In this document: positions 25,201 through 35,543 of the stretch, piece by piece
Numbering within the stretch: position 1 is the stretch's first letter
Layout of the letters: each line of letters opens with the position of its first letter
NCBI GenBank assembly: GCA_000934665.2
Contig: KZ538723.1
Location: 1 to 51,542, forward strand
Origin: Catajapyx aquilonaris
Taxonomy: Eukaryota
DNA length: 51,542 bases
Direction: 5' to 3'
Translations under genes and position numbers: made by a program
The notes under the pieces: model-generated
Databases searched by the model: none
Seen by the model: the letters and a program-made list of their open reading frames with translations, nothing else
What the model was told of the DNA's origin: nothing

Positions 25201-28200
25201 TGGGGAGACAAGGTATTACGAAAGACGCAATATAGGGGAAGAGGTCCATATTTCGACCATGCGCCTAATTCCGACCACCATGCTATCTCCGTGGTACCTA
25301 ACGTGTTGCAAATTGCCGGTGACAGTGGTAAAAATGTCACAAAGACAGAATTGGTGAGCTGGCAGCACTGATGCGAACATCCGTGCATTGTGCAACCTTT
25401 GGCACCAGTTTGTTTCTAATCGCATGGCCGGTGGACTGCAGCGCATGCTACTATTGGCCATCATTTCCCAGAAATTAAGCTATGCTATTCAATAATATTT
25501 ATTTTATCCTATGATGTTGCTTACACTGTTTATTTGCATGTTTTATAGTATCGACATCATGGTGCAACTTGTCGATGTGAACCAGCAGCCACAGTAGAAA
25601 GTTGTCATGTTCCTAATTTCGGATAGGGTTCTACCTACCGCACTATCATGCTCATTTTGACAGCTCCCTTTATTTCGCGGAAACTCAAGAAAGAAGTCAC
25701 AGAAAACGTTTGCGCATCTGTACTATACCTGCTGTTAAAACGTTCCCGTATGATTGTATTGATAGAGTCATTATTCAACGGCATAATTTTATTTTTTTGC
25801 AAATAGGGAAAACTTTTCATTTTCATCATGCAGATAAACCAGTTTTCATTGTGTTGTTATTAATCAAGCATTTGAAAGCATTCACAAATTTAGAAAAAAA
25901 ATTTACACCTACATTTTAGGTGCATCTTTCATCGTTTGGGGTGGGCTACCAATCCAAAATCGATGGGAATCTCACGAGTTGACCTCGTATCTGCACACCA
26001 ATGAAAGGGTCATAGGGTCATTTTAGGCAGGTCACTTTGGGTGCATCTTTCATCCCTTGGTGTTGCCTATCTACCCACAAAATTTGAAGATAATCAGTTG
26101 GAATCTCACGAGTTGACCTCTGTACCCCAAAACAGGGGTCACAGGGTCATTTTGGGCAGGTCACTCTGGGTACGTTTTTAATCCTTTGGGGTGGGCTACC
26201 AATGTACCAATGCAGTGGCACTTGGAAAGTGTCCCTGGTTTTCATACTAGACTCTCCTATATGATAAGATTGATAACTTATTGCTCTTCTCTCCACTATC
26301 GTATGTCTTGTCTAATGTAATTTTCAAAAACCCTTAGCTTGTTTCTATTTATTCTCTCTGCCCCTCTATCTGTAATGCCCCATGATTCCTAAGATTGTCA
26401 TCGTCACGGTCAAGATTACTAACAATTTTTTCCCTTCATTTTCAGATAATACCCTCTATGAATAACTTTTCCGACCGTTTGATGAATAACGTCCAAGAAC
26501 ACTACAAGAAACACAGGAAAATAACCATTACCACGTAGGTTCCATAATATGACATAATATTTACTGTTCACACGTCACACCACGAAATCTATTATATGGG
26601 TTACGTTTAGATTGTAACTGAAATGTCCAATATATCAACAGTAATAATTGAAGAAACAATTTTGGGATGGATCACATGGATTATATCATGGTTCGGAAAT
26701 TTAATCTACCTTCGCTTTGGGGGATGGGAGACGGGTTCTAGGCGATCATTATTTTAAGTATAGGTATCGTGCGTCTCCGAAGCATAGTTACCGAGTTAAT
26801 GTGCTTCAAACACAACGTATAAAATATCCTGGCAGGTATGCGGCCCTCCATGCGACCTTACATTTTTCATTTAAAAAGGTGTTATCATGCAATGTAAATT
26901 TAAAACACAATTCCATTAGGCGTAGCAGACAGTGGCCCCGGCGCGGCGATGGTAGTATCGCAGGCCGTATCCGAACCATAGAAGCCGGTATAATGCACTT
27001 TTTATTTAATGCCAATTATTTCGGTAACTATGCTTCGGAGACCAATCTAGAACCCTTCTACCATCCCCCAAAGCGAAGATAGATTAAATTTCCGAACCCT
27101 GTAGGGTGTAGCGTGTAGGCTATAGTATTTAGCCTATAGTATTTATTTTGTCTGCCGAGGATTTGGAAAATTAAGCAATCCTTTTCTGCGGGCTAAATGA
27201 ATAACAATATTCTCAACGTGGGCGACACGGTGGCCGAGTGGTTAGCGCCGCAGCCTTCCACCTCTAATAAGGTCCCGAGTTCGATCCCCGGACCGGACAG
27301 AGGATACTTATGTGGATAGAGTTTCGATGGGTTCTCTCCGTGTTCGCGTGGGTTTTCTCGGGGTTCTCCCGTTTCCTCCCACTATCAAAATCCATCACAG
27401 CGCAGGCACTGATTAAAGTCAGTCGATTAAAAGATGATCCCCTAAAAAGCCCAAAGAGACTTATCACGGGGCATCCATTATTAATATTCTCAACGTAAAT
27501 CTCAGTGCTTTATAAATGTGGAAAGTCGCATTTTGGAAGGAATCTGGATTGAAAGTATTCATAATTATTGCACTTTTTTGGCGCTTTGGAGTCATTCATG
27601 TATTGTTTTCATCATACCGACATAATAGTCATCAAATATCGCAAGACATGGAATGGGCTATTCCACTATGACCAAACCGCCATTCCGCGTCACATAAAAG
27701 GTCAAATATTGTGGATCTTTATTATTACGATTTATACTCTCACTTAAATAGTATGTTGGGAAGGGAGAATAACGCTCCCAAGAGGAGGTTCACGTGGGTA
27801 GTTTTTGAGTCATTTCGGACCATCAGATATGACAAGACATTATCTCTTGGCCCTGGGCAGAGAGTGCAAATCTGCCCGGACACGTCGCGTCGGGTGAAAG
27901 GCGAGGGTGACGGGGAAGAGAGTTGATCCCCGGACCTCCTCCTTGGCGGGCCAGCGCCAGCGGCATAGTCACTGAACCACCGTGACCCCAACAAAACTTA
28001 GCATAATACCGTATATTACTGTACATAACAATGCACTATTTCGTACCTAAAGATTTACACGATTCCTGAATCAAAGTCAATTCAGGTCGCCTCATTTTTT
28101 GTCTAATGTAATATGTCTCGCCAATATTTTTCTACTCCAGCACGTACTGTACAGTACGTAGTACAAAATATTGCATAATACATATGTAGTTGTCATAGTA

Positions 28201-31200
28201 TTGGCATTAACCGAAGCAGTAGTGGTGGAGTGGATAGAGTGTCCGACTGCTAATCGGGAGGTCCTGGGTTCGAATCCCGGAGGCCGGCGACCCTGAACAT
28301 GGTTTTCTGTGGTTTCCCATGGTCCTTGCAGGATAATTCCGGGGTCGTTACCGTAATATAGGCCACAGCCGCTTCCTTCCTTCCCTTTCCCTGGTTCATT
28401 CCGAAGATGAGAAAAATAGTAAAAAATGGAAGAGTTCCACACAAAAAAAAGGGAGAAATCCCCCCCTAAGAAGGCCCGTAGGCTGATAATGGGGTATCAA
28501 ATTATTATTATTATTATTATTATTATTAGTATTGGCATTATTTTTTCTCTCTCGCCCTGTCTAGAGCAGTAGGATGTTTCCTGATGGATGCAATGGCTTC
28601 TGTCGTATATGGAGTGGAGGTGAATACAACATCAGATCCATCTCATCCCTTTGTGCAACATGCAGACAAGTTTTTTGCCAGCTCCAATCCCGAATCATTT
28701 ACAGCTGCATTTTCATGTAAGATAACTCTCAACACACTGTGACCAACTTTGTTTCTGTAATGTTCAAAGAGCTGCATATCTTATTTTTTAAGGGATGAAT
28801 ATAAATATACCTTTCATGAACATTGGCGACTTGTTCATGCCCAAGGAAGATGGACAGTACTTCAAAGAAGTGACCTACAATGTACTGCGAGAACGGCGCA
28901 AAGATATAATGGAGGTTTGCAATATTCATTCCCAAAGTAGGAAACATTTTCAGGTTATCACCAAATAAATTTTGTTGAAAGCCGAAGGTTAAAAGATTCT
29001 ACACTGCTTCCGGCTGATCCGGCTCCCAGTGCCTCCAGTGTTTCCAGTTAAAAATAAACGTATACGGTACATTATACAAAATAGATCTTAGGGTAATAGT
29101 TCTTGGAGACACGATAGGGGCGGACTTCCACTCAGAGGTATAATACAGCTGTTAAGGAATTAACCTTTCCTACATTAAGTAAGCCAAGATCATCAGTTGT
29201 ATGAACCAAATTAAGATAAAATCTCCAATTATGTACCTGAGTTCACGAAGACATAATTATTTCATTATTTGAGATTATAAAAGCAACCAGGCCTTAATGT
29301 TTCTCTTTTTTAATAAAGGGCAGAGCTCGGGAGGATATGGCATCAATTTTATTGGAAACAGCAGAAGAAATGCGCCAGAGTGGAACTGAAGGTTCTCGTA
29401 AGGCACTTCAGGATGAAGAAACTCTTGCAGCACAGGTAATATAATTTTTTGATGAAAAGTTGTCACCACTATTACCATAATCTTATTACTATTTTGTAGC
29501 TAATTAGGATATACTGTACATAAATAATAGAATGCACTAGAGCATGCCTAACCAGAATGTTTATTTAACAGCTTTTAGTGTTCATGCTGGCTGGCTATGC
29601 AACTACGAAACAACTTACTGCACTAGCTGTTCATGCCTGTGCAGCCTATCCAGACTATCAAGATAGACTCTATCAAGAAATATGTGCAAATGTTGGTGAT
29701 GAAATCACTTATGATGTGCTGCAAGATTTGCGCTTTATGGATGCTTTTCTCAATGAAGTGATGAGAATGCACCCCGTGGATGCCAGGTATGGACATGGTC
29801 CAAGATTTTTTTTAAATTCATGCTATTGTGCATGAATACTACTAACGTGAGAAGATGATTGTTTCAAACCAACTTAAGTGCTCAGAAATGATAGCAATAT
29901 CATTATTATGACTATTCATTTTCTCCTAGAGATTCCTTGATCAGATGAAGTACAACCGGAATTAGGGTTATGGGCAGACTCAGACCAAATGAATTCTGTG
30001 CCCCTTTATTTTTTTAGATGAGTAGTTTAACATTAATTTGAACAATGTTCTGATGTTCTCGCTTGGTTTTTTTGGCAGGGTGGAACGCCAGTGTTTGAAC
30101 ACAATTGAGTATGATGGTCTGACAATTGAAAAGGGCACCATTATAGGAATACCAGCTGCTGCAATTCACTTCTACGATGAGTTTTATCCTGAACCTGAAA
30201 AATTCTGCCCTGAAAGGTTAGTCCATTTTAGCCTATGTTGCAATAACCTAGCCTGTATTTTACACACAAAAAATTACATTATTTTATCCTACGTCTTAGG
30301 TTTGCCCCGGAGAACAAGGGACAAATAGATCCAGTACTATTTCTCCCATTTGGATACGGTCCTCGAAATTGCATCGGAATGCGTTTTGCAATGGTCCTAA
30401 TGAAGCTCACATTGTGTCACCTGCTCAAATCATATCGCTTCTATCCCTGTTCTGAAACTAAGGTGAGATGTCATTTGTGTTGTAGACTTTTTCTCATCGA
30501 AAAAAAGTCTCATAGACCGTTATGTCCGTCCGTCTGTGGACAGATATCAGGGCCTAAACCGCACGAGATATAACGACAAACGATTTGCAGATTCGGATTA
30601 AGCGTGACCTAAATAGGTTTTATGGTCAACATCCGGTGACCAGCTACTTCCGGTTTTCCGGGTTCACTCTATCGGTCTATCCGCACAAGAATACACTTTA
30701 TAAGGGGGTCACAGTTGGATTTCGACATTAGTTTCCATGGATTTCTGACCATGTGTGTCGGGGGTTTACCAGGGGTTTTACCTCTCTGGCACATGGAACG
30801 TCGTGGAATTAATTCCTGGCGTTGGATTCCTGACGTTTGTGATGCCCGTCCTCGGCCGCCATAATGTTATCGCCCAAGCCGATACTGGAATAGATACTCT
30901 GCCTAGGCTACGATATCTCGGTATCGATATATCGATTCACATGCTCATACTTGAAAAAATTAGATAAGGTCTGATCGAATCACGCATGATTTGCACATCT
31001 TGTTTTACATCTACGTATAGGCTACATGAAACTGTTATGGTCATTAATGACACAATTTTCGTAAATATTGTGTCGTATGCAACATTGTGAGACTACATAG
31101 TGAGGGCATAATTATATGCAATTATGTTATTGCAATAGAGCTAAAGCAGCTGGACAAGGTGGTCAAGCTACAAAATTGTGGATTGGTCAGGCAGCAATGT

Positions 31201-31714
31201 ATACCATGCATAGAAAACCAAAATCAGAGCTCTTCCAAATGGTGAAGAAACTTTTATATATATATATATATATATAAATTATCAGTATATATCTCTTTAA
31301 AATTTCTGTTGCGCACTTTTGGTTTTTGTGGCATATCAATGCATAACATTGTCTTTGTAACACAATCATGACATTGGCTCACTGGCTCTGGGGTGTATAT
31401 ACAATAACATACTTCAATTCACAAATGAGATGAGTATGTTTTCCTACCGACCCAATGGTCATTGGGCGATTGCTACATATTGTCGATATTAAATATGGGC
31501 CCAATTACCATTATTTTGCTCTTGTTCAGTGTATGCATATTATGTTTATAGTCCTTAACATCATAGACTTCTTTGTAACCCTTTATCTTTTCTACTGTAT
31601 ACTGTGTATAATGTGATCTCATATTTTCAGATTCCAGCTGAATACCAAAGAGGACTTACACAAATTCTAACTCCCCTGGACATTATAGTTGGAGTGGAAC
31701 CACGAGCACCCTGA
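19231..31714 (+). CDS. Cytochrome P450, clan 3 (CYP3A-like), 13 coding exons, 502 aa, intact
   Basis: Hand-spliced GT-AG exons: 19231-19295, 20450-20546, 23019-23071, 24433-24529, 24648-24764, 26446-26534, 28565-28716, 28793-28914, 29319-29435, 29572-29786, 30079-30216, 30300-30462, 31631-31714 (1509 nt, all phases compatible, no internal stop). Motifs: TM anchor MVIIVTAVTLALLAIVVSLTY, GIPGPKP hinge, KDFDNFVNRR, WKDAR (WxxxR), AGYATT (I-helix), EVMR (ExxR), FCPERF, FGYGPRNCIG (heme Cys). Candidate AATAAA at 32083. Confidence 0.95.
19539..19860. mobile_element. MITE containing (TTAGG)n-like repeats (CYP intron 1)
   Basis: 25-bp TIR gtcttgactaagg(tc/cg)tggggacgga; internal repeated gtggggac motifs; TAGGT/TTAGG tract at 19741-19801; no clear TSD. 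Confidence 0.7.
21891..22256 (-). mobile_element. SINE family A (CYP intron 2)
   Basis: A/B boxes on the - strand, family body, shared ...TATCACGGGGTA tail and A-rich end. Confidence 0.88.
22302..22611 (+). mobile_element. SINE family A (CYP intron 2), head-to-head with the previous copy
   Basis: ggggaggtgtggtggccgagatggtaac...ggttcgatccccg head; tail agagcctatggctctatcacgg; A-run. Confidence 0.88.
23341..24354. mobile_element. MITE with ~110-bp TIRs; right TIR interrupted by a SINE
   Basis: 23341-23452 is the reverse complement of 23892-24000 plus 24331-24354; TIR-like fragments also at ~38663-38806 and ~41489-41514. Confidence 0.7.
24001..24330 (-). mobile_element. SINE family A inserted into a MITE inverted repeat
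   Basis: Full head, body and tail on the - strand; TSD ctgaaggga at ~23991 and ~24330. Confidence 0.88.
25918..26205. repeat. ~125-bp tandem repeat (~2.3 copies)
   Basis: Repeated ggtgcatctttcatc...ggaatctcacgagttgacctc...gggtca(t/c)agggtcatttt(a/g)ggcaggtcact. Confidence 0.8.
26687..27101. mobile_element. Tc1/mariner-type MITE (same family as 8587-9254)
   Basis: TIR ggttcggaaatttaatctaccttcgctttgggggatgg / ccatcccccaaagcgaagatagattaaatttccgaaccctg-TA. Confidence 0.85.
27220..27482 (+). mobile_element. tRNA-SINE with V-domain-like core
   Basis: A-box TGGCCGAGTGG, B-box GTTCGATCC. Core gttctctccgtgttcgcgtgggttttctcggggttctcccgtttcctcccac resembles the V-SINE domain. 14-bp TSD aatattctcaacgt at 27206 and 27483. 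Confidence 0.85.
27843..27989 (-). mobile_element. Older partial copy of SINE family C
   Basis: Shares ggccc(t/c)gggcaga..gagtgcaa.tctgccc..gtcgggtgaaaggcg..ggtgacgggga with 34860-34950. Confidence 0.6.
28210..28526 (+). mobile_element. tRNA-SINE family B (Ser-GCT-like anticodon arm), (TAT)n tail
   Basis: tccga-CTGCTAA-tcggg arm, B-box GGTTCGAATCC; 14-bp TSD tagtattggcatta at 28196-28209 and 28527-28540. Confidence 0.88.
30483..30673 (+). mobile_element. DINE-1/HINE-like element (CYP intron 12)
   Basis: Second copy of 3028-3247: tagactttttctcatcgaaaaaaagtct...tgtccgtccgtctgtgga...ggttcactctatc. Confidence 0.65.
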
Positions 31715-32902
31715 TCTCCATTTTTACACCTCGATTATGTTTCTGACTTGAACTATATATTACAATGGGTTAAACCCATGGGGATATGTGTCACTATGCC
31801 CCACAGCAGTAAGAGAAAGCGTGACATTTTGCTCCACCACTCATTTTTCATGCTGAAAACAAAATGGTTTCTGTGTCGCTTTGAAACACGGGAGTTTCTG
31901 TAACTATGCATTTGAAGGTGAACAATATTTTAGTAGCCTACCAAAATCTCATTTTCGCCCGCGGATGGATATATGTGACTGTGACGTTTTGTCCGGCGAC
32001 TCTACGTTTGAAGTAATGTGTCATAATGCAGAATTACTTGGACATTGTGTAATGTATAACTTATCTATCTTTATAGAATTCAAATAAATGCATAGCATTA
32101 GGTGTACGGTACTTGCAAATCATTTTTATACCTATATACAGCAGTAACAGCATGTATTCCTATATAAAAAAGAGAGTATGATATAGTGCTTGCATGCCCA
32201 GCTGACAGTAATTTTTCTGGTTTAGACTATTTTATTTACTTTTACGTTGGCAGTTTGATAAGTTTGCTAAATTTCCGACGGATGGCGTGCAATTCAGTTA
32301 GTGATGTCACGATTCGAATGGCGCACTCTTCAAACCAGTTGAGCCTCGATCTCAGCAAGAATTGGCATGTTGTGCAAGACGTTTTAAGAGAGCGTCGTGT
32401 AGCAGTTGCCACAACAATGGACAAGCACGAGTTCCGGCCTATTTCGTGGTTTTGGGAACTATTTTACCTATTCTGGCTTTTCGCGCCTTTTCATGCCTAT
32501 TTAGCCATTTTTGGATAGTTTTTGAACTTTTTGAACCAATTTCGGGACTTGTTGGAGCTATTATGGACCTATTTCTGCAAAGTAATGTTTGGTTTTTTTC
32601 GGAGTATTTTTTGTGCTCGTGAAAGGACCAAAACAATTCAGAAGTAATATACGAATCATGCTGCCTTGACGCGCATGCCAAATATTATTTTAAATTTTCC
32701 TCCGATTGTTCCAATTAGAGGGAAATTTAGAAAAACTGATATTTGGCAACATATTGTGCAAGTGGAAACTGCTATAAGCGGTAAAGTCCAGAGAAAATGA
32801 TACTTGCTTGCACTTTGTCTTTTGCCCAAGTTTCGTGATTTCCTGTCAGTTTATTGTTGTTATTCGGTTTTTGCTATGGTTTGTGACCTTATATTTATAC
32901 CT

Positions 32903-34096
32903 TAGTGCTTGGATTCTCGTGGACTTTACGGGAGGCCCGCAAGTCGCAAACGCCAGTAAACATGACGTCACGCCCCGGCAACTCCCGAAGTGGAATTATC
33001 GTGGCGCGCTCCCGCAAGGGCTGCGGGAAGGAAAGGCCCGCAAAGATACGGGTGGGTGGCAGCACCTGTAAGTCGCCTGTCGCTCTCAAAGATGGCCGCT
33101 TCCCCGACAGCAGCTGTGTGTCCGTCAGGCGGGGATCGAATTATTTACGGATACCCAGGTCCTTTGATTGCGCTCACGGGACGTGCACATAAACGTAAGT
33201 ATTATTTTCGCCACTAGTGACGCCACTACTAGGGTTGGATTCACAAATAACGGAAAGCACTTGACGGGACATCGTATTGTTGAGCGTTCATACGTATATG
33301 TCAGCCCAGGGACAGGAAACCCGAGGTCGAATCTGCTCGAAAAGCTGGTCAATGGGAAAACCTGTTTCATGTATGGATGCTGACAATGTACCACACACTG
33401 GTAATAGTTTGGTTCATGAGAGTTAGGAAGTGTTGAGAGTGATGAAATGTGACGGAGCCCTGCCAGAAAATTGGCAGCTAATATTATCTATTGTTGTTAT
33501 TATTTTGTTTGGATGCTGCTTAAAAGTAGCCTTATAACTCATGTACCATGATAATTTTGTTCAATTTCAGGTTGTATGAATGTAATTATTGTAAAGCAAG
33601 GGAATTAAAAATAAATTGTAACACATTTCAACACTTTGAAACCTGGTGACTGAAGACTCACCACACAAGGAAAGAACTGCACTTGCATCCTTTTGCTTCT
33701 GTGCATGAGATAGCTACTCCCTACCTGAATCATAGGGGCCTAATTAAGTAATTAATAGCGAAACCCGAATTCGAACGCTGGTAGTACGATCGGTGCATGG
33801 CAGTTCTCGCTGTTCTTTTCTCAATGGCGTTTAATCCCGTCCCTGTCCATTGTACGGCGGTGGGAATGCACCCTCTTCCTCTTCGCCATTGGCTCCTGTC
33901 CTTTTCCGGTGGGCGGAGCTCCAAGAACCCCCGTATCTCCCCCCTACTTTCAATTCTTCCTTGTAAGGACTTACAGGGTACCACATTTATTCCACTTTTC
34001 TGGGGTCCCGCATCCGTCGCCATCTTGGACGGACTTGCGGGCCCGCATCTCCTGCGGGCCCGCAGACTTACGGGAGTCCACGAGAATCCAAGCCTA
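32903..34096. mobile_element. ~1.2-kb non-autonomous DNA transposon between the two genes
   Basis: TIR gcttggattctcgtggact / agtccacgagaatccaagc with subterminal cccgc/gcggg repeats; TAG...CTA ends; TSD not evident. Confidence 0.65.
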
Positions 34097-34725
34097 GGCC
34101 TATAAAATTATTATACGTAGCTTTTTACTTTCTGTAACATTATCCTCCATACGCCCGAAAAAGTAAAAATTTTGTGCCTATTTGAGGTTTTTTCGTCCCT
34201 ATTTCGGGGTTTTTTCGTGGCTAAAAATCAGGACCCTAGTCATGACTCATGCAGCTAGGTTTAAAGCTCTGGGTGGTGTCAAGTTTCATGGAAGTAATAT
34301 GACACGTGGAACCCAGTCAAAATAACCATAGAAAATCAGTCGGAAAGCAATACTGTTCAGACGGGTAAAATGAGCCCGTTTAAAGTGCGGAAAACCAAAC
34401 GACAATCTGACGTCATCGTTTCTTACATTGTTGCTTTTTGTTGACACTGTTTATACGGTGATAGTGTTCTGTGGGGTATTTCCATGGAAGCCTTGATGAT
34501 GATCAGATCGTTGTTGAGTTTTCCGCACTATATAGGCCCTATACTTTTTTTTAGTGGCCAGGAATAGTGGACATCGGCCTGCGCACCCATAAGCTCTGTA
34601 GGGCTTGCAGTGTAAAACAGCTGTAACTAGGTTAATTTTGATCGAATTAATTATATTTTCATTCCGCAATAAGATAATATACCCCTGCCTACACCGATTA
34701 CTCAAAAAATTAATCTTGCAATTAT

Positions 34726-35017
34726 TATTATTATTATTATTTATTAGTTTACCCCGTGATAGGCCAGTGGCCTCTTAGGGGGAAGGGGGTGGTTCCCTAG
34801 GGAGGGCGCTGCAATTTTTGCGTCATTTCTGACTTTCCGAAAAACACCAGGCCTTTTCTCCTGGCCCCGGGCAGATAGGGAGTGCAATTCTGCCCCGGCA
34901 TGTCGGGTGAAAGGCGGAAAAAGACCCGGCCAAGCAGAGGTGACGGGGACGGGATTTGAACCCCGGCCTCCCGCTTGGCTGGCCAACGGCGTAACCGTTA
35001 GACCACCATGCCGCCCC
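34726..35017 (-). mobile_element. tRNA-SINE family C
   Basis: Head ggggcggcatggtggtctaacgg...ggttcaaatccc on the - strand; shared tail; 20-bp TSD aaaattaatcttgcaattat at 34706 and 35018. Confidence 0.85.
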
Positions 35018-35543
35018 AAAATTAATCTTGCAATTATGTTCTGAGATAATTGGCTGCAGTTCCCTTGTGGCGTTTTACATTGCATTTTGCTCTTGGAACC
35101 TCTCCCCCCCCCCCNNNNNNNNNNNNNNNNNNNNNNNNNNNNNNNNNNNNNNNNNNNNNNNNNNNNNNNNNNNNNNNNNNNNNAAAAAAAAAAAAACTTT
35201 CATTCGAAATATTTCATTGAGTTCAAAAGTGCATTAAATATACTATGTGGTCATACTATATACTATGTAATAGTATCTGATAGTATTCCGATATCTATTA
35301 TCTATAGATGTGGCGCGCCACCATCCGAACCACTCTCGCCATCTGTTGGCAGTAATTTTAACTGCCAATCGGCATATTCGGAGGAGCCCACAGCCCAGGG
35401 AAAGGTTATTCGGACTGTACCAACATGGCCGAATGAGAAGCCTTCCCTTCTTTTCATTGTTTTCATCCTGTTCTCTTCTGGTTGGAAAAGGGGCTCGGGA
35501 TTATCCCCTTTTGGATCTGAAACAGGGGCTGTAGGAACAGGCC

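Noticed and set aside
28210..28290. Possible genuine tRNA-Ser(GCT) gene (and other tRNA-like heads)
   Set aside because: No long variable arm or proper acceptor stem; followed by a SINE body, tail and TSD.
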